The notes: a model not told the origin generated them from the sequence alone. DNA of 64,000 nucleotides from Vicinamibacteria bacterium (GCA_963422395.1 OY729431.1:352001-416000); one strand, 5' to 3'; positions 8,369 to 18,463 are shown, counted from the stretch's first letter. Translations and numbers: made by a program.

Positions 8369-10014
8369 CGTCGGGACGCTACTACTCCGGCGCCTTCCCG
8401 GACCACGACGATTCCCCCGGCGGCAGGGAGCTCACCGAGGCTTTCGGCGGTTCCACCGGACCAGCGGACGATGACCTCCCGGACCGACCCGCTTCCCCCG
8501 GCGCCGAGGTGCACTCGCGGATCGCTCGAGGAGAGGAAGCTGCCGCTGCGGTGCGCCTGGCGCCGGCGCCTCGTTCCGTCAGCGGTCGAAAATTCCACTT
8601 GCGTTCCGCTTCCGTCTCGCGGGGCCCGGGTCCCGACGAGCCGCAGCGTCACCCCGCTTCCCGAACTCCGGTTGCGCAGCAGCGCGGCCTGGTCGTCCAC
8701 ATTCACCACCACCATGTCGGGGAGCGCGTCGCCGTCGAGGTCTCCGAAGCCGACGCCCCGGCTCGAGCGCAGCGGCGACTCCCACTCCACCTCTTCGTAG
8801 GCTCCGCCGCCGAGGTTGCGGAAGATCTGGTTCGCCATGCGGTACTTCGTGCCGCTGCCTGCCGATGCGGCTTCCGGATAGACATGGCCGTTCGCGACGA
8901 ACAGATCGAGCCAGCCGTCCGCGTCGAGATCGAGGAATCGGGTTCCCCAGCCGAGATAGAACCAGCCCGGCATCCGCAGCGCGTTTTCGGTGGTGCTGTC
9001 CTCGAAGAAGCCGTTTCCGGCGTTCCGGTAGGCGGTGTTCGTGTCGTGGGAGAAGTTCGTCACGAAGAGGTCGATCCGGCCGTCCTCGTCGAAATCGCCG
9101 GCGTCCACTCCCATGCCCGCCTGCGCGAGGCCGTCCATGTTGTAGGCGTTGCCGGCGAGCAGCGCCCGCTCGCTGAAATGTCCCGAGCCGTCGTTGATCC
9201 AGAGGTGGTTCGGTGAGGAGTCGTTCGCCACATAGAGATCGGTGTCGTCGTCGCCGTCCAGATCACCCGCCACCACTCCGAGGCCGTACCCCGGATCCAC
9301 CACGGAGAACCCCGCCGCCTCGCCCGCCGCCTCGAAGGTCCCGTCCCCCCGGTTCCGGAAGTACCCATCGGGCGCCGGAATCAGACCCGAGGGACCGCAG
9401 AAGACCGGCAGACCGAACCAGACACAGCTCCCCCCCGCTCCCGGAAGCGGCAACGACTCGATGGAATCGGCCGTGTAACCGAGCACGATGAGGTCGGAAT
9501 CGCCGTCGTTTTCGGCATCGAAGAAGGCAGCCGAAGTGGAAAACCCCGAGTGCGCCGCTCCGCCGGCTCCGGGCGACCGCACGAAGCTTCCGTCCCCCCG
9601 GTTCCGGTACAGGACATTCGGCCCGAGGTTCGTCACATAGAGATCCGGAAAGCCGTCGTTGTCCAGATCGGACACCGCGACTCCGAACGCCCAGCCGGTA
9701 TCCCCGACCCCGGCGGCGGAAGTCACCTCGGTGAACCGGAATCCGCCGTCGTTGCGGAAGAGCTGGTTCGGCCGCCCGGTGCCCGGCGTCCGTCCTTCGA
9801 GCGGCGCCCCGTTCATCAGGTACAGGTCGAGGTCGCCGTCCTGGTCGTAGTCGAGGAGTCCGACCCCGGCGCCGAGCGAAGAGACGATGAACCGCTTCTC
9901 CGGCTCTCCGCTCACATTGAGGTAGCGGACACCGCTCGTCCCGGTGACCTCCTCGATCCGGATTTCCTGCCCGCCCGGAGGGGTGAGCATCGCCAGCAGA
10001 ACTGCGGCGATCAC
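8362..10014 (-). CDS. CRTAC1-family protein (FG-GAP repeats + ASPIC/UnbV domain)
   Basis: Repeated DxDxDGxxDL motifs, AGMGVDAGD, GWGT.FLD.D.DGWLDLFVANGHVY, C-terminal GSFLSSSD.RVHLG. Confidence 0.9.
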   Translation of the reverse strand: MIAAVLLAMLTPPGGQEIRIEEVTGTSGVRYLNVSGEPEKRFIVSSLGAGVGLLDYDQDGDLDLYLMNGAPLEGRTPGTGRPNQLFRNDGGFRFTEVTSAAGVGDTGWAFGVAVSDLDNDGFPDLYVTNLGPNVLYRNRGDGSFVRSPGAGGAAHSGFSTSAAFFDAENDGDSDLIVLGYTADSIESLPLPGAGGSCVWFGLPVFCGPSGLIPAPDGYFRNRGDGTFEAAGEAAGFSVVDPGYGLGVVAGDLDGDDDTDLYVANDSSPNHLWINDGSGHFSERALLAGNAYNMDGLAQAGMGVDAGDFDEDGRIDLFVTNFSHDTNTAYRNAGNGFFEDSTTENALRMPGWFYLGWGTRFLDLDADGWLDLFVANGHVYPEAASAGSGTKYRMANQIFRNLGGGAYEEVEWESPLRSSRGVGFGDLDGDALPDMVVVNVDDQAALLRNRSSGSGVTLRLVGTRAPRDGSGTQVEFSTADGTRRRRQAHRSGSFLSSSDPRVHLGAGGSGSVREVIVRWSGGTAESLGELPAAGGIVVVREGAGVVASRRY

Positions 10015-11597
10015 GGCTCGCGGGCCAGGCGGGCGGCTGCGGAACGGAGTTCCGTGTTCTCCGGCCAGTCGGCGAGCGCAGCTTCGAGAATCGACTGCGC
10101 CTCCTGCGGCCGGCTGAGCGCGGCGAGCGATTCCGCGTAGAGGAGGTGGTGGAGCGGCTCGGCGGCCGCGAGGGTGAGGAGCCGATCCGACTCGCGAAGT
10201 GCGAGCTGCGCTGCGCCGCCCTGGATCAGGTGCGCCACCAGCGCCCTCTTGGGTTCCGGTGCCGCCGGATTGGCCCCCATTGCCACCTTCAGCTCGTTCG
10301 TCCGGTCCGAAAACCGCTTCAGCTCGCTGAATCGGGTCAGGTATTCCCGGCCCCGTTCCGCTTCCTCCGGATCCTCGCTGCGCGCCAGCAGATTCCCGAG
10401 GTGGAGGTGTGGTTCAGGCCGGGTCGGCGCCGCTCGGATCGCGGCTTCGAAGCGGAGGATCGCGGCCTCGGGATCTGCTGCCGCCGCGAGCGCCTGTCCC
10501 AGGGTGGTGAAGCCGCTGGCGAGCTGTTCCGGATCGGTGGCCGCCGCGGGCCCATCCACCGCTGGCGTCAGCACCGGGACCGCCTCGGTGCTTCTCCCGG
10601 TCTCGTGGAGCAGCAGCCCCAGCCGGAGATGGGCACTGACATGCCCCGGGTCGAGTCGGAGAGCCTCCCGGTAGGCTCGTTCGGCGGCTTCTTCTTCTTG
10701 AAGATAGTGGAGTACATCGCCGAGCCGGAATTGCGCCTCTGGGTTTTCCGGGGCGGCGGCGGCGGCGCGCTCACAGGCGTCCCGCGCCGCTTCGAGCCGG
10801 TCTTCGCGGGATTGCAACAGGCAGATCTCCAGGAGTGCTGCCGGATCTTCGGGGCGAAGCGCAAGAGCCGCTTCCAGCCGCCTCTCCGCGGGCTCGAACT
10901 GTCCGAGTTCGGACCAGAGCGCCCCGAGGTGGTACTGAGCCTCGAAGGAGGATGGCTCCCGCTGCGCCGCCTGCTGCAGCGCTGCCAGCCCCGCCGCTCC
11001 CCGTCCCTGTTGTACATACAGAACACCGAGCGGCACGAGTACCTCGGCCCGTCCGGGATATTCGGCGTGGAGTGCTTGGAGGATCGCTTGCGCCTCTTCG
11101 CGCTCGCCCCGCCGAGTGAGCAGGGTTGCGAGTTCCCGCCGCGCCTCGGGGTGCCCCGGGTCGCGGGCCAGCGCCTCACGGAAAGAGCCTTCGGCTTCCT
11201 CGATCCGGCCCAGGGCGGTGAGCGCTGTCGCTCGCAGCAGCAGCCCGTTGGGTTCGTCGGGGACCAGCGCGGCGAAAGCCGCCGCGAGTTCGGCGGTTTC
11301 CTCGTGCCGCCCGAGCCGGAGGTGGGCGACTGCCAGCATCCAGAGCGCATCGGGGTCCCCCGGATCGGCGAGTCGAGCCCGTTCGAGGAGAGGGATCGCC
11401 TCCCCGAAACGATCTTCGCCGAGCAGCCGCCGTGCGATCTCGATCGCATCCGGCTGCCGCGGTGCGGCGACCCCGCTCGTCATGAGGAGGGGCGTCGCGA
11501 CGAGGGTTGCCGCGAGGGCGGTCCACAGCAGCGCGGACGCGCCGCCCGGCGGGCCGGGAGACGGCGGGTGCGGTGCGGTTTCCAACGGGGATCTCAT
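10011..11597 (-). CDS. Exported tetratricopeptide-repeat protein
   Basis: Hydrophobic N-terminal segment followed by about 10 TPR-like units (e.g. AL.RDP.H.EA). Coupled to the CRTAC1 gene. Confidence 0.85.
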   Translation of the reverse strand: MRSPLETAPHPPSPGPPGGASALLWTALAATLVATPLLMTSGVAAPRQPDAIEIARRLLGEDRFGEAIPLLERARLADPGDPDALWMLAVAHLRLGRHEETAELAAAFAALVPDEPNGLLLRATALTALGRIEEAEGSFREALARDPGHPEARRELATLLTRRGEREEAQAILQALHAEYPGRAEVLVPLGVLYVQQGRGAAGLAALQQAAQREPSSFEAQYHLGALWSELGQFEPAERRLEAALALRPEDPAALLEICLLQSREDRLEAARDACERAAAAAPENPEAQFRLGDVLHYLQEEEAAERAYREALRLDPGHVSAHLRLGLLLHETGRSTEAVPVLTPAVDGPAAATDPEQLASGFTTLGQALAAAADPEAAILRFEAAIRAAPTRPEPHLHLGNLLARSEDPEEAERGREYLTRFSELKRFSDRTNELKVAMGANPAAPEPKRALVAHLIQGGAAQLALRESDRLLTLAAAEPLHHLLYAESLAALSRPQEAQSILEAALADWPENTELRSAAARLAREP

Positions 11598-11713
11598 GAC
11601 GCGGGGACTTGCCAGTATCGCCGGAGCACCGGCGAACGAGGGCGCCGGCCCACGAACCGGTGCCGCCGCTTTCTTTGCGCGCCGGTTTTGCGGGCACTAC
11701 CATCTTATGCGCG

Positions 11714-13930
11714 ATGTTCCTGCGATCCGGGCTGGCAGTGCTGACCTTTGCGGCGATCTGCTCCCCCGGAGCAGGTGCCGCGAATTCTGCCGGGAACCTG
11801 CGGGCGCCCCGGCAGGAACCGAACGAGAAGGAGCAGATCGAAGCCCTTCCCGAACATCACCGGGTCTGGCTCGTCGAAGAGGTCCCGTATCTCATCACCG
11901 ACCGCGAAAAGCGGGTCTTTCTGACCCTGACTTCCGAGCGCCAGCGCGACTCGTTCGTTTCCGCCTTCTGGCGCAAGCGGGATCTCAACCCCTCGACTCC
12001 GGAGAACGAGTTCCGAGACGAGCACTACGAACGGCTGGACTATGCGAACAACTGGCTCGGGCGCGACACCTTCCGGGAGGGCTGGGAAACGGACCGCGGC
12101 CGGTATTACATCCTGCTCGGCAAGCCGCGTTCGATCCAGAACTACGAAGCCCGCGACGAGATCTATCCGACGGAACTGTGGTTCTACAACAACTCCGAAC
12201 TGAAGCGTTTCGGCCTGCCGGCGTTCTTCTACCTGCTGTTCTGGCGCCGCCACGGGGTGGGGGAGCTGCAGCTCTACGACCCCATCTCGGACGGTCCGCC
12301 GGCGCTGCTGACCGGCTACCAGCCCGAGCGGCAGGACTTCCGCAACGAGGTGGAGCGAGCCTACGAGATCCTCTACGAGTTCGACCCCGAGGTCGCGAAC
12401 GCGGCGATGTCCTTCCGCACCGACGAGCAGGACATCACCCGCTTCCAGGCGGTGCCCTTCGGCACCCTTTCCCTGCTCCAGGACATCCATGAGGTGCCCT
12501 TCCGGGGTCTCGACGACAGCTACGCCGACCGGCTCGATTTCGAGAAGGGAGCGATCGAAGCCGACTACCTCTTCACCTATGTCCCCGGCCACGGAGCGAT
12601 GGCGGTCCTCCCCGGGCCCGAGGGGGCTTCGTTCCTCCACTGGGTCATCCAACTGGATGCCCAGCACACTGCCTTCGTGCGGAACGAGGATCGCGGCACC
12701 TTCGACACCGCTTTCATCGGGACCGTGGATATCGTCCTCCGCGACTCCCCGGAGCAGGTGGTCACCGAATTCCGCAAGGAATCCTTCGTCTCGCTGGACG
12801 ACGAGCAGCGCGCCGCGCTCCAGCGCCCGTTCTCCTGGGCCGGGGTGGTTCCGCTCATTCCGGGGGACCACACCGTCCGGATCGTGCTCCGGAACCGGGC
12901 CTGCGGTTCGCGCTCCGAAACGGACTGCTCCAAGAGTTACACCCTCGTCGAGGCGGAGGTGAGCGCTCCGCCGGCGGACGGCGCGCCGCGGCTCAGCGAC
13001 CTGGTGCTCGGGCGGCGCATCGAACCCCAGCGTCCGCAGTACCGCCCTTTCCGGCTCGGCTCCGCCGGCGTGGTCCCCAACCCGCAGGCGGTATATGCGA
13101 TAGGTGAGAATTTCGTTGCCGCCGCCGTGCCCGAGGGCGCCCCGGAAGGCGCGCGGGTCCGCTTCCGGATCGTGAGCCGCGAGCCGCTCACCGACGGCGA
13201 GCTGGCCTACGAGAGCGAGGCGCCGGCGGCGGCGGACGAGGCGAGCGGTTTCGTGGCGCTCGATTTTCCGCTGCTGGACATCGGGGCCGGCCGCTACGAG
13301 CTGGGTGCCGAGCTGCTCGACCGCGCGGGGGGTGTCCTGTCTTCGAGACGCGCCGGGTTCACGGTGTCCCCCCGAGGCAACCTCCTCGAGGCCGGTTTCC
13401 ACGGCACGATGCTTCCTTTTCCGCCGGAGAATTCGGGGTTCACGAGTCTCGCGATCGGCGAGCAGTGGATGGGTCTCGACCGCGGGGAGGAAGCCGGGCC
13501 GGTGCTCGAACGAGCGCTCGCCCTGGCCCCTCGGCTCGGGCGCGCCCGGGAACTGCTCGCCCGTCTCGAGATGGAGGCGGGGCGGGCCGACCGGGTGGTC
13601 GAGCTGCTCGAACCGGTGTACGCCGAGGTCCAGGATCGCTACGACCTGGTGCGGGTCCTCGGAGAGGCGTACTTTCAGCTGGCCCGCTACGAGGACGCCG
13701 AGGACCTGCTCGGCAAGGCCGTCCTTCTCGAAAATCCCGACCCCAGGAGCCTCAACCTGCTCGGCCTCGCCCGCTTCCAGGTCTCCGATTTCGCCGGCGC
13801 CCGCGAAGCGTTCCAACGCTCGCTCGCGCTCGATGGCGAACAGCCGGAAGTCGAAGAGGCCCTGGCCCGCGTCGGCGAAGCCGAACGAGCCCAGCCCTCC
13901 TCCCGCCCGCCGGGTGCAGGGGCACGATGA
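11714..13930 (+). CDS. GWxTD-domain protein with C-terminal TPRs
   Basis: WLVEEVPYLIT, FW.KRD..P.T.ENEF..EHY.R..YAN, GWETDRGRYYILLGKP, signal peptide. Confidence 0.9.
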   Translation: MFLRSGLAVLTFAAICSPGAGAANSAGNLRAPRQEPNEKEQIEALPEHHRVWLVEEVPYLITDREKRVFLTLTSERQRDSFVSAFWRKRDLNPSTPENEFRDEHYERLDYANNWLGRDTFREGWETDRGRYYILLGKPRSIQNYEARDEIYPTELWFYNNSELKRFGLPAFFYLLFWRRHGVGELQLYDPISDGPPALLTGYQPERQDFRNEVERAYEILYEFDPEVANAAMSFRTDEQDITRFQAVPFGTLSLLQDIHEVPFRGLDDSYADRLDFEKGAIEADYLFTYVPGHGAMAVLPGPEGASFLHWVIQLDAQHTAFVRNEDRGTFDTAFIGTVDIVLRDSPEQVVTEFRKESFVSLDDEQRAALQRPFSWAGVVPLIPGDHTVRIVLRNRACGSRSETDCSKSYTLVEAEVSAPPADGAPRLSDLVLGRRIEPQRPQYRPFRLGSAGVVPNPQAVYAIGENFVAAAVPEGAPEGARVRFRIVSREPLTDGELAYESEAPAAADEASGFVALDFPLLDIGAGRYELGAELLDRAGGVLSSRRAGFTVSPRGNLLEAGFHGTMLPFPPENSGFTSLAIGEQWMGLDRGEEAGPVLERALALAPRLGRARELLARLEMEAGRADRVVELLEPVYAEVQDRYDLVRVLGEAYFQLARYEDAEDLLGKAVLLENPDPRSLNLLGLARFQVSDFAGAREAFQRSLALDGEQPEVEEALARVGEAERAQPSSRPPGAGAR

Positions 13931-14124
13931 GGAACTGGCTGTCGAGCAGCGCGGTGGAGGCCGAGGCGAACCGTTTGGCTGCCGACACTCTCATGCCCCG
14001 GCATCTGGTCGTCGACGCGGAAATGGAGCAGGGAGCCGCTTCCGTCGAAGAGCTGGCGAGGCGCTTCCTGGTTTCTCCCTGCGCGATGTCCATCCGTCTG
14101 GGGTGGGGGTTCCCGGCGGGATGA
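13927..14124 (+). pseudogene. C-terminal fragment of an ImmA/IrrE metalloprotease
   Basis: EAEANRLAADTLMP...LARRFLVS..AMSIRLG is 35/49 identical (hand alignment) to the end of 57945..58448. There is no HExxH. Confidence 0.75.
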
Positions 14125-14279
14125 CCGAGACGGAAGAGTCCGCCCTGAGTCAGCAGCACCAGGGGCCGGTCACCAACGCCCCGCAGCGGTCGATGGGGAT
14201 CGGCCGGCCGAAGCGGCTTCGATTCCACAGTCGACGGGGTGGAATCCGAGGCTGGATCAGGCAGCCCGGCTGCTGATCG

Positions 14280-15848
14280 CTACTCCGAACCGAGAGCGAC
14301 GATCGGATCCAGCCGCGCCGCACGCCGCGCCGGTACCAGCCCGGCGACCACTCCGGTCGCGAGCGCTACCACGAAGGCGAGCCCCCCGGCTCCTGCCGAG
14401 ATTTCGACCCGCAGCCCGAAAGCGTCCTGGACCAGAAGCGCGGCTGCCGCTCCCAGTGCGACCCCGAAGAGCCCGCCGGCTGCGCCCAGCAGCACTGATT
14501 CCGTGAGGAACTGGCTCCCCACATCCCCGGTCCGCGCCCCCACTGCCATCCGCAACCCGATTTCCCGGATCCGTTCCCGGACGGAGAGCAGCATCACATT
14601 CGAGATCCCGATGGCGCCTACCAGCAGCGAAACCAGGGCGATGGAGAGGAGCAGCGCCGACATGGTCCGGCTCGACTGTTCCAGAGTGGCCGCCAGCTGG
14701 CGCAGCGTCGTTCGTTCGAGGTTCGGGATGTTTCCGGCGAGCGTCTGGGCCACTTTCGGATGGAGTCCCTTCCCGAGCACTTCGGATGCCTGGGTCGAGA
14801 CGGTGAAATCGTCGGCCTGCGCTTCGCCGATCCCATGCCGTTCACGCAGCAGCTCGGTGATCTCCCGAGCGACCTCGGTGACTCGGCCCGAGGAAGCGGC
14901 GGTCACCGTGATGGTGTTCAGGTTCGTCAGATTCAACAGCCGGTGGACGGTGGTGAAGGGGGTGTACACCGCGTCGAATTCATCGTCCCCCGGCACCCCC
15001 GGGTTCAGCCAGTTCGAGCTCGCCACCACCCCGACGACTTCGAAGGTCTGGTTCCAGATGGTGACCTCGCGGCCCACCGGGTCTTCTTCCTGGCCGAACA
15101 GCTGGTCGCGGGCCACGCTCCCGAGCACCGCCACCTGCTCCGCTCGGCGCAGCTCGCGGGCGCTGAAGAACCGCCCGTGCTGGATCGCGAACGAGCGGCG
15201 GATCTGCACCAGATCCACCGCGGTACCGTGCAGCCGGGTGAACCATCGGCGCTCGCCGCGAAAGACCCGCACGCTTTCGTGGACTCCGGGGGCTGCCTGG
15301 GCCACCCCGGCGAGCGCGCCGAGCGCGTCGGCGTCGTCCCGGGTCAGGGTGGCTGCGGCGCCGAGTCCGGCGGCCGAATCCCCGAGGCGTTCGGCAGCGG
15401 TCGGATGGTCGTGCTTCTCCATCGGATCGTTTTCGGGATGGGCGCGCGCCACCGGCTCGAGGCGCCGCCACAGTTTCCGCAGCATCTCCGACGGGAGCAG
15501 CCGGCCGTGCCGGATGGGAGCATCGATGCCGCCGATCGGCCGTTCCCCGCGGGCGCGGTAGTTGCCGGCCGTCACCTGGATCACATTCAGCCCCGCCGCC
15601 TGCACCTGCTCGCTGATCGCTGCCTGCGCTCCCCGCCCGAGCGCGATCGTCGCCATCAGCGCTGCCACTCCGAAGGCGAGGCCGATCAGGGTCAGTGCGG
15701 TGCGCAGGGGATAGCGCCGCAGGCTCTGGAGAGCCGTTTCCCCGGCGGTCCGCCGCTCGATGACGAGTTCCGGACGGGAGAGCCGCCGGAGCAATCTCGA
15801 AAAACGCCCGGCAGGCGGCTTTCGGTTGGGCATCTTTCGGTTGGGCAT
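14280..15848 (-). CDS. MacB/FtsX-type ABC permease
   Basis: LRTALTLIG.FGVA, VGAIGISNVMLLSVRERIREIGLRMAVGA, QFLTES, PARRAARLDPIVAL. Confidence 0.9.
   Translation of the reverse strand: MPNRKMPNRKPPAGRFSRLLRRLSRPELVIERRTAGETALQSLRRYPLRTALTLIGLAFGVAALMATIALGRGAQAAISEQVQAAGLNVIQVTAGNYRARGERPIGGIDAPIRHGRLLPSEMLRKLWRRLEPVARAHPENDPMEKHDHPTAAERLGDSAAGLGAAATLTRDDADALGALAGVAQAAPGVHESVRVFRGERRWFTRLHGTAVDLVQIRRSFAIQHGRFFSARELRRAEQVAVLGSVARDQLFGQEEDPVGREVTIWNQTFEVVGVVASSNWLNPGVPGDDEFDAVYTPFTTVHRLLNLTNLNTITVTAASSGRVTEVAREITELLRERHGIGEAQADDFTVSTQASEVLGKGLHPKVAQTLAGNIPNLERTTLRQLAATLEQSSRTMSALLLSIALVSLLVGAIGISNVMLLSVRERIREIGLRMAVGARTGDVGSQFLTESVLLGAAGGLFGVALGAAAALLVQDAFGLRVEISAGAGGLAFVVALATGVVAGLVPARRAARLDPIVALGSE
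15819..15848. repeat. Perfect 15-bp tandem duplication including the start codon (MPNRK x2)
   Basis: CTTTCGGTTGGGCAT at 15819-15833 and 15834-15848. Confidence 0.9.
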
Positions 15849-15855
15849 CTTCCGC

Positions 15856-16563
15856 TCAGCAGCCGGAGCTCTCTCCTGCGTTCTCCTCGAGGATCCGCCC
15901 GTCCCGCAATTCGACGCTCCGAGAGGCGTACTGCGCCACCTGCCGGTCGTGGGTGATCATCACCACAGTGAGCCCCCGTTCGGAGTTGAGGCGTGCGAAG
16001 GTGTCGAGGATCTCGCCCCCGGTCTGGGTATCCAGGTTGCCGGTGGGTTCGTCGGCGAGGAGAAGGCGCGGCCGGTTGGCGAGCGCCCTGGCGATGGCGA
16101 CCCGCTGCTGCTGTCCGCCCGAGAGCTGGCTCGGTGCGTGGGCCGCGCGGTCGGACAGCCGGACCGCGGCGAGCGCTTCTGCGGCCTGCTGACGCCGTTC
16201 GACCCGCCCTGGCCGGCGGGTTCCGTAGAGCATCGGAAGCTCCACGTTCTCGAGGGCGCTCGCCCGGGCGAGCAGGTGGAAGCTCTGGAAGACGAAGCCG
16301 ATCTCCTCGTTACGGATGCGCGCCCGTTCGTCGTTGTCCAGCCGGGACACATCGCGTCCCATGAGTCGGTATTCCCCGGAAGTGGGCTGATCGAGACAGC
16401 CGAGGATATGCATCAGGGTGCTCTTTCCCGATCCCGAAGGGCCGAGAACGGAAAGGAAGTCCCCCTCCTCCACCGAGAGGGAGAGCCCTCGCAGCGCCTC
16501 CACCCGGTGGTCTTCGCCGAGGACATAGGTCTTCACCAGATCCCGGACTTCGATCGCGTCCAT
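15856..16563 (-). CDS. ABC ATP-binding protein (MacB/LolD type)
   Basis: GPSGSGKST, IGFVFQSF, LSGGQQQRVAIARAL, LLADEPTGNLD. GGAGG RBS precedes the ATG at 16563. Confidence 0.95.
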   Translation of the reverse strand: MDAIEVRDLVKTYVLGEDHRVEALRGLSLSVEEGDFLSVLGPSGSGKSTLMHILGCLDQPTSGEYRLMGRDVSRLDNDERARIRNEEIGFVFQSFHLLARASALENVELPMLYGTRRPGRVERRQQAAEALAAVRLSDRAAHAPSQLSGGQQQRVAIARALANRPRLLLADEPTGNLDTQTGGEILDTFARLNSERGLTVVMITHDRQVAQYASRSVELRDGRILEENAGESSGC

Positions 16564-16656
16564 CGACAATCCTCCGCGCGGCTTCGTTCCGGAACCCGAT
16601 GAGCCAGAAACCATCGGGTCAGGAGGCCGGGTCGGAAAATCGGAAAGGGAGTCTGG

Positions 16657-18357
16657 TCAAGGAGCGGGTTCGGAAACCTCTTCTTGCTCTTCCTCCGCAG
16701 GGGCGTCGGGCAGCAGTCCCGCGTAGGCGTAGAGGAAGGTCGCCACCGTCTTCTCGCCGCCGGCCATCCCGTACACCTCACCCGCTCCCTCGATCACCCA
16801 GAACTCGTTCGCCGCGTGGGCGCCCCCGCCGTGTCCCCCGGCTCCGCCCACGATCGGCATGGCGAGATCCGTCCCGTCCGGGAGCGAGCCGTCTCTCCCG
16901 CTGAACAGATATGCCGGCCAGTAGCCCCCGAGGATGGATTCGCCCTCGATCGGCTGCCGGTAACGGATGTCGAAGATGTCGTAGGTACGCAAGAGCGACT
17001 CCGCCGCACGGTTGTCGTAGTTGGATTTCGACCACGGGACATCGCCGACGATCGTCATCTCCACATCCTCGTATCCCTGCTCGTCGAGGTAGTCGCGGAC
17101 CTTCTGCACCATGGCCAGCCCGTCCTGGCCCGGCACATAGCGGATGTTGTGCTTGGAGGTGATCCGGTTCGGCAGGATCGCGCCGGCCCCGCCGGGGTAC
17201 ATGTTCCCGGCCCAGACCCCGTCCATGTTGAAGGAGATCCCGTAGCGCGCGTTCTTCAGATGCTGCAGCGGATCGTCGGTCATGAAGCGGGCCACCCCGA
17301 TGTTCTCGGCGGCGACCGTGAGGTCCAGGTTTTCCGCCGCGCTTCGGAACATCGCCTCCTCGGCGGGGGTCAGCGGGGCGGCGCCGTCGTAGAAGCCGGG
17401 CACCAGCACCCGGTTTCCGTCGTCGGAGATCAGGGTGGACAGCATCTTGATGTGCCGCAGCGCGGGAGCGTCGGTGGAGCGCTTGTGGGCGCCGTGGATG
17501 TTCGAGGCCAGCGGACCCCGGCCCCAGCTCGCCCCGCTCGTCGTCAACTCGATGTACACGCACCCCTCCGAACCGCCGCCGATCCCGGCGGCCCCGGAGC
17601 GCGACTGCGACCCGAAGCGGTACATGGCCTCGGCCTCTCGGAAGAGCTCGGGGTTCTCCCGCACGAACTGGCGCAGGCCGATGGACATCCGCTCCTCGTC
17701 CCCCTCGGCGACGAAGATCAGGTTCACCGGCATCGAGCCCGTCACCTCGTAGATCGAGTGGAAGGCGTTCCACTGGGTCATCTGCGGCCCCTTCGAGTTC
17801 GTGGCACCCCGCCCAACCATCACTTTCTGGAACGGACCGAACTCGGTCAGCTCGCCGTCGAACGGCGGCAGCACCCAGGCCTCGGGCTGGGTGATCGGCA
17901 TCGTGTCGTACATCCAGTAGATGAGCAGCGTCCGCTCCTGTCCGTAGTCGCAGTTGGCATAGACGACCGGGTTGCCCGGCTGCCCCCACTCGGTCATGGG
18001 AATGTCGTACACCTGCGACTGCTGGCAGCCGAGCTGGTCGAAGAAGCCCTTGACCATCTGGGCGGACTCGGGGATGCCCTCGCCGGAGTTGGAAATGCTG
18101 GGCTGCTGGATCCAGCGGCGGAGGTTCGTCACATGGCGGTCCACGTTCTCGTCGATGTGGGCGAACACCTGCCGCAGTTCCTCGGGGAGCTGTTCGAGGT
18201 CGGGGGCGATCTCGGTGTCGCCCTGCGCCCGGATCCCGAGAGTCTCCCCGGCGGCTGAGCCCGCCTCGTCCTCCGCCTCCGGCGCCCCGCAGCCGTAAAT
18301 GGCCAACCCGGAAAGGGCCAGCGCCAACACACCGCATCGAAACGCTTCGGGCATCAT
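16657..18357 (-). CDS. M20/M25/M40-family metallo-hydrolase, predicted lipoprotein
   Basis: Lipobox LAIYGC, IQQPSIS, GNPVVYA, MYDTMP, GRGATNSKG, EGDEE, AHAANE. Confidence 0.85.
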   Translation of the reverse strand: MMPEAFRCGVLALALSGLAIYGCGAPEAEDEAGSAAGETLGIRAQGDTEIAPDLEQLPEELRQVFAHIDENVDRHVTNLRRWIQQPSISNSGEGIPESAQMVKGFFDQLGCQQSQVYDIPMTEWGQPGNPVVYANCDYGQERTLLIYWMYDTMPITQPEAWVLPPFDGELTEFGPFQKVMVGRGATNSKGPQMTQWNAFHSIYEVTGSMPVNLIFVAEGDEERMSIGLRQFVRENPELFREAEAMYRFGSQSRSGAAGIGGGSEGCVYIELTTSGASWGRGPLASNIHGAHKRSTDAPALRHIKMLSTLISDDGNRVLVPGFYDGAAPLTPAEEAMFRSAAENLDLTVAAENIGVARFMTDDPLQHLKNARYGISFNMDGVWAGNMYPGGAGAILPNRITSKHNIRYVPGQDGLAMVQKVRDYLDEQGYEDVEMTIVGDVPWSKSNYDNRAAESLLRTYDIFDIRYRQPIEGESILGGYWPAYLFSGRDGSLPDGTDLAMPIVGGAGGHGGGAHAANEFWVIEGAGEVYGMAGGEKTVATFLYAYAGLLPDAPAEEEQEEVSEPAP

Positions 18358-18463
18358 CGGAAATCTCCTCAGAAAATCGAGACCGGAGTGCGGCCGTTCG
18401 TAACTTCCAGCACCATCGGCGCCAGCAGACCAGACGACACGCCGGACGACAGAGGGAGAAGAT

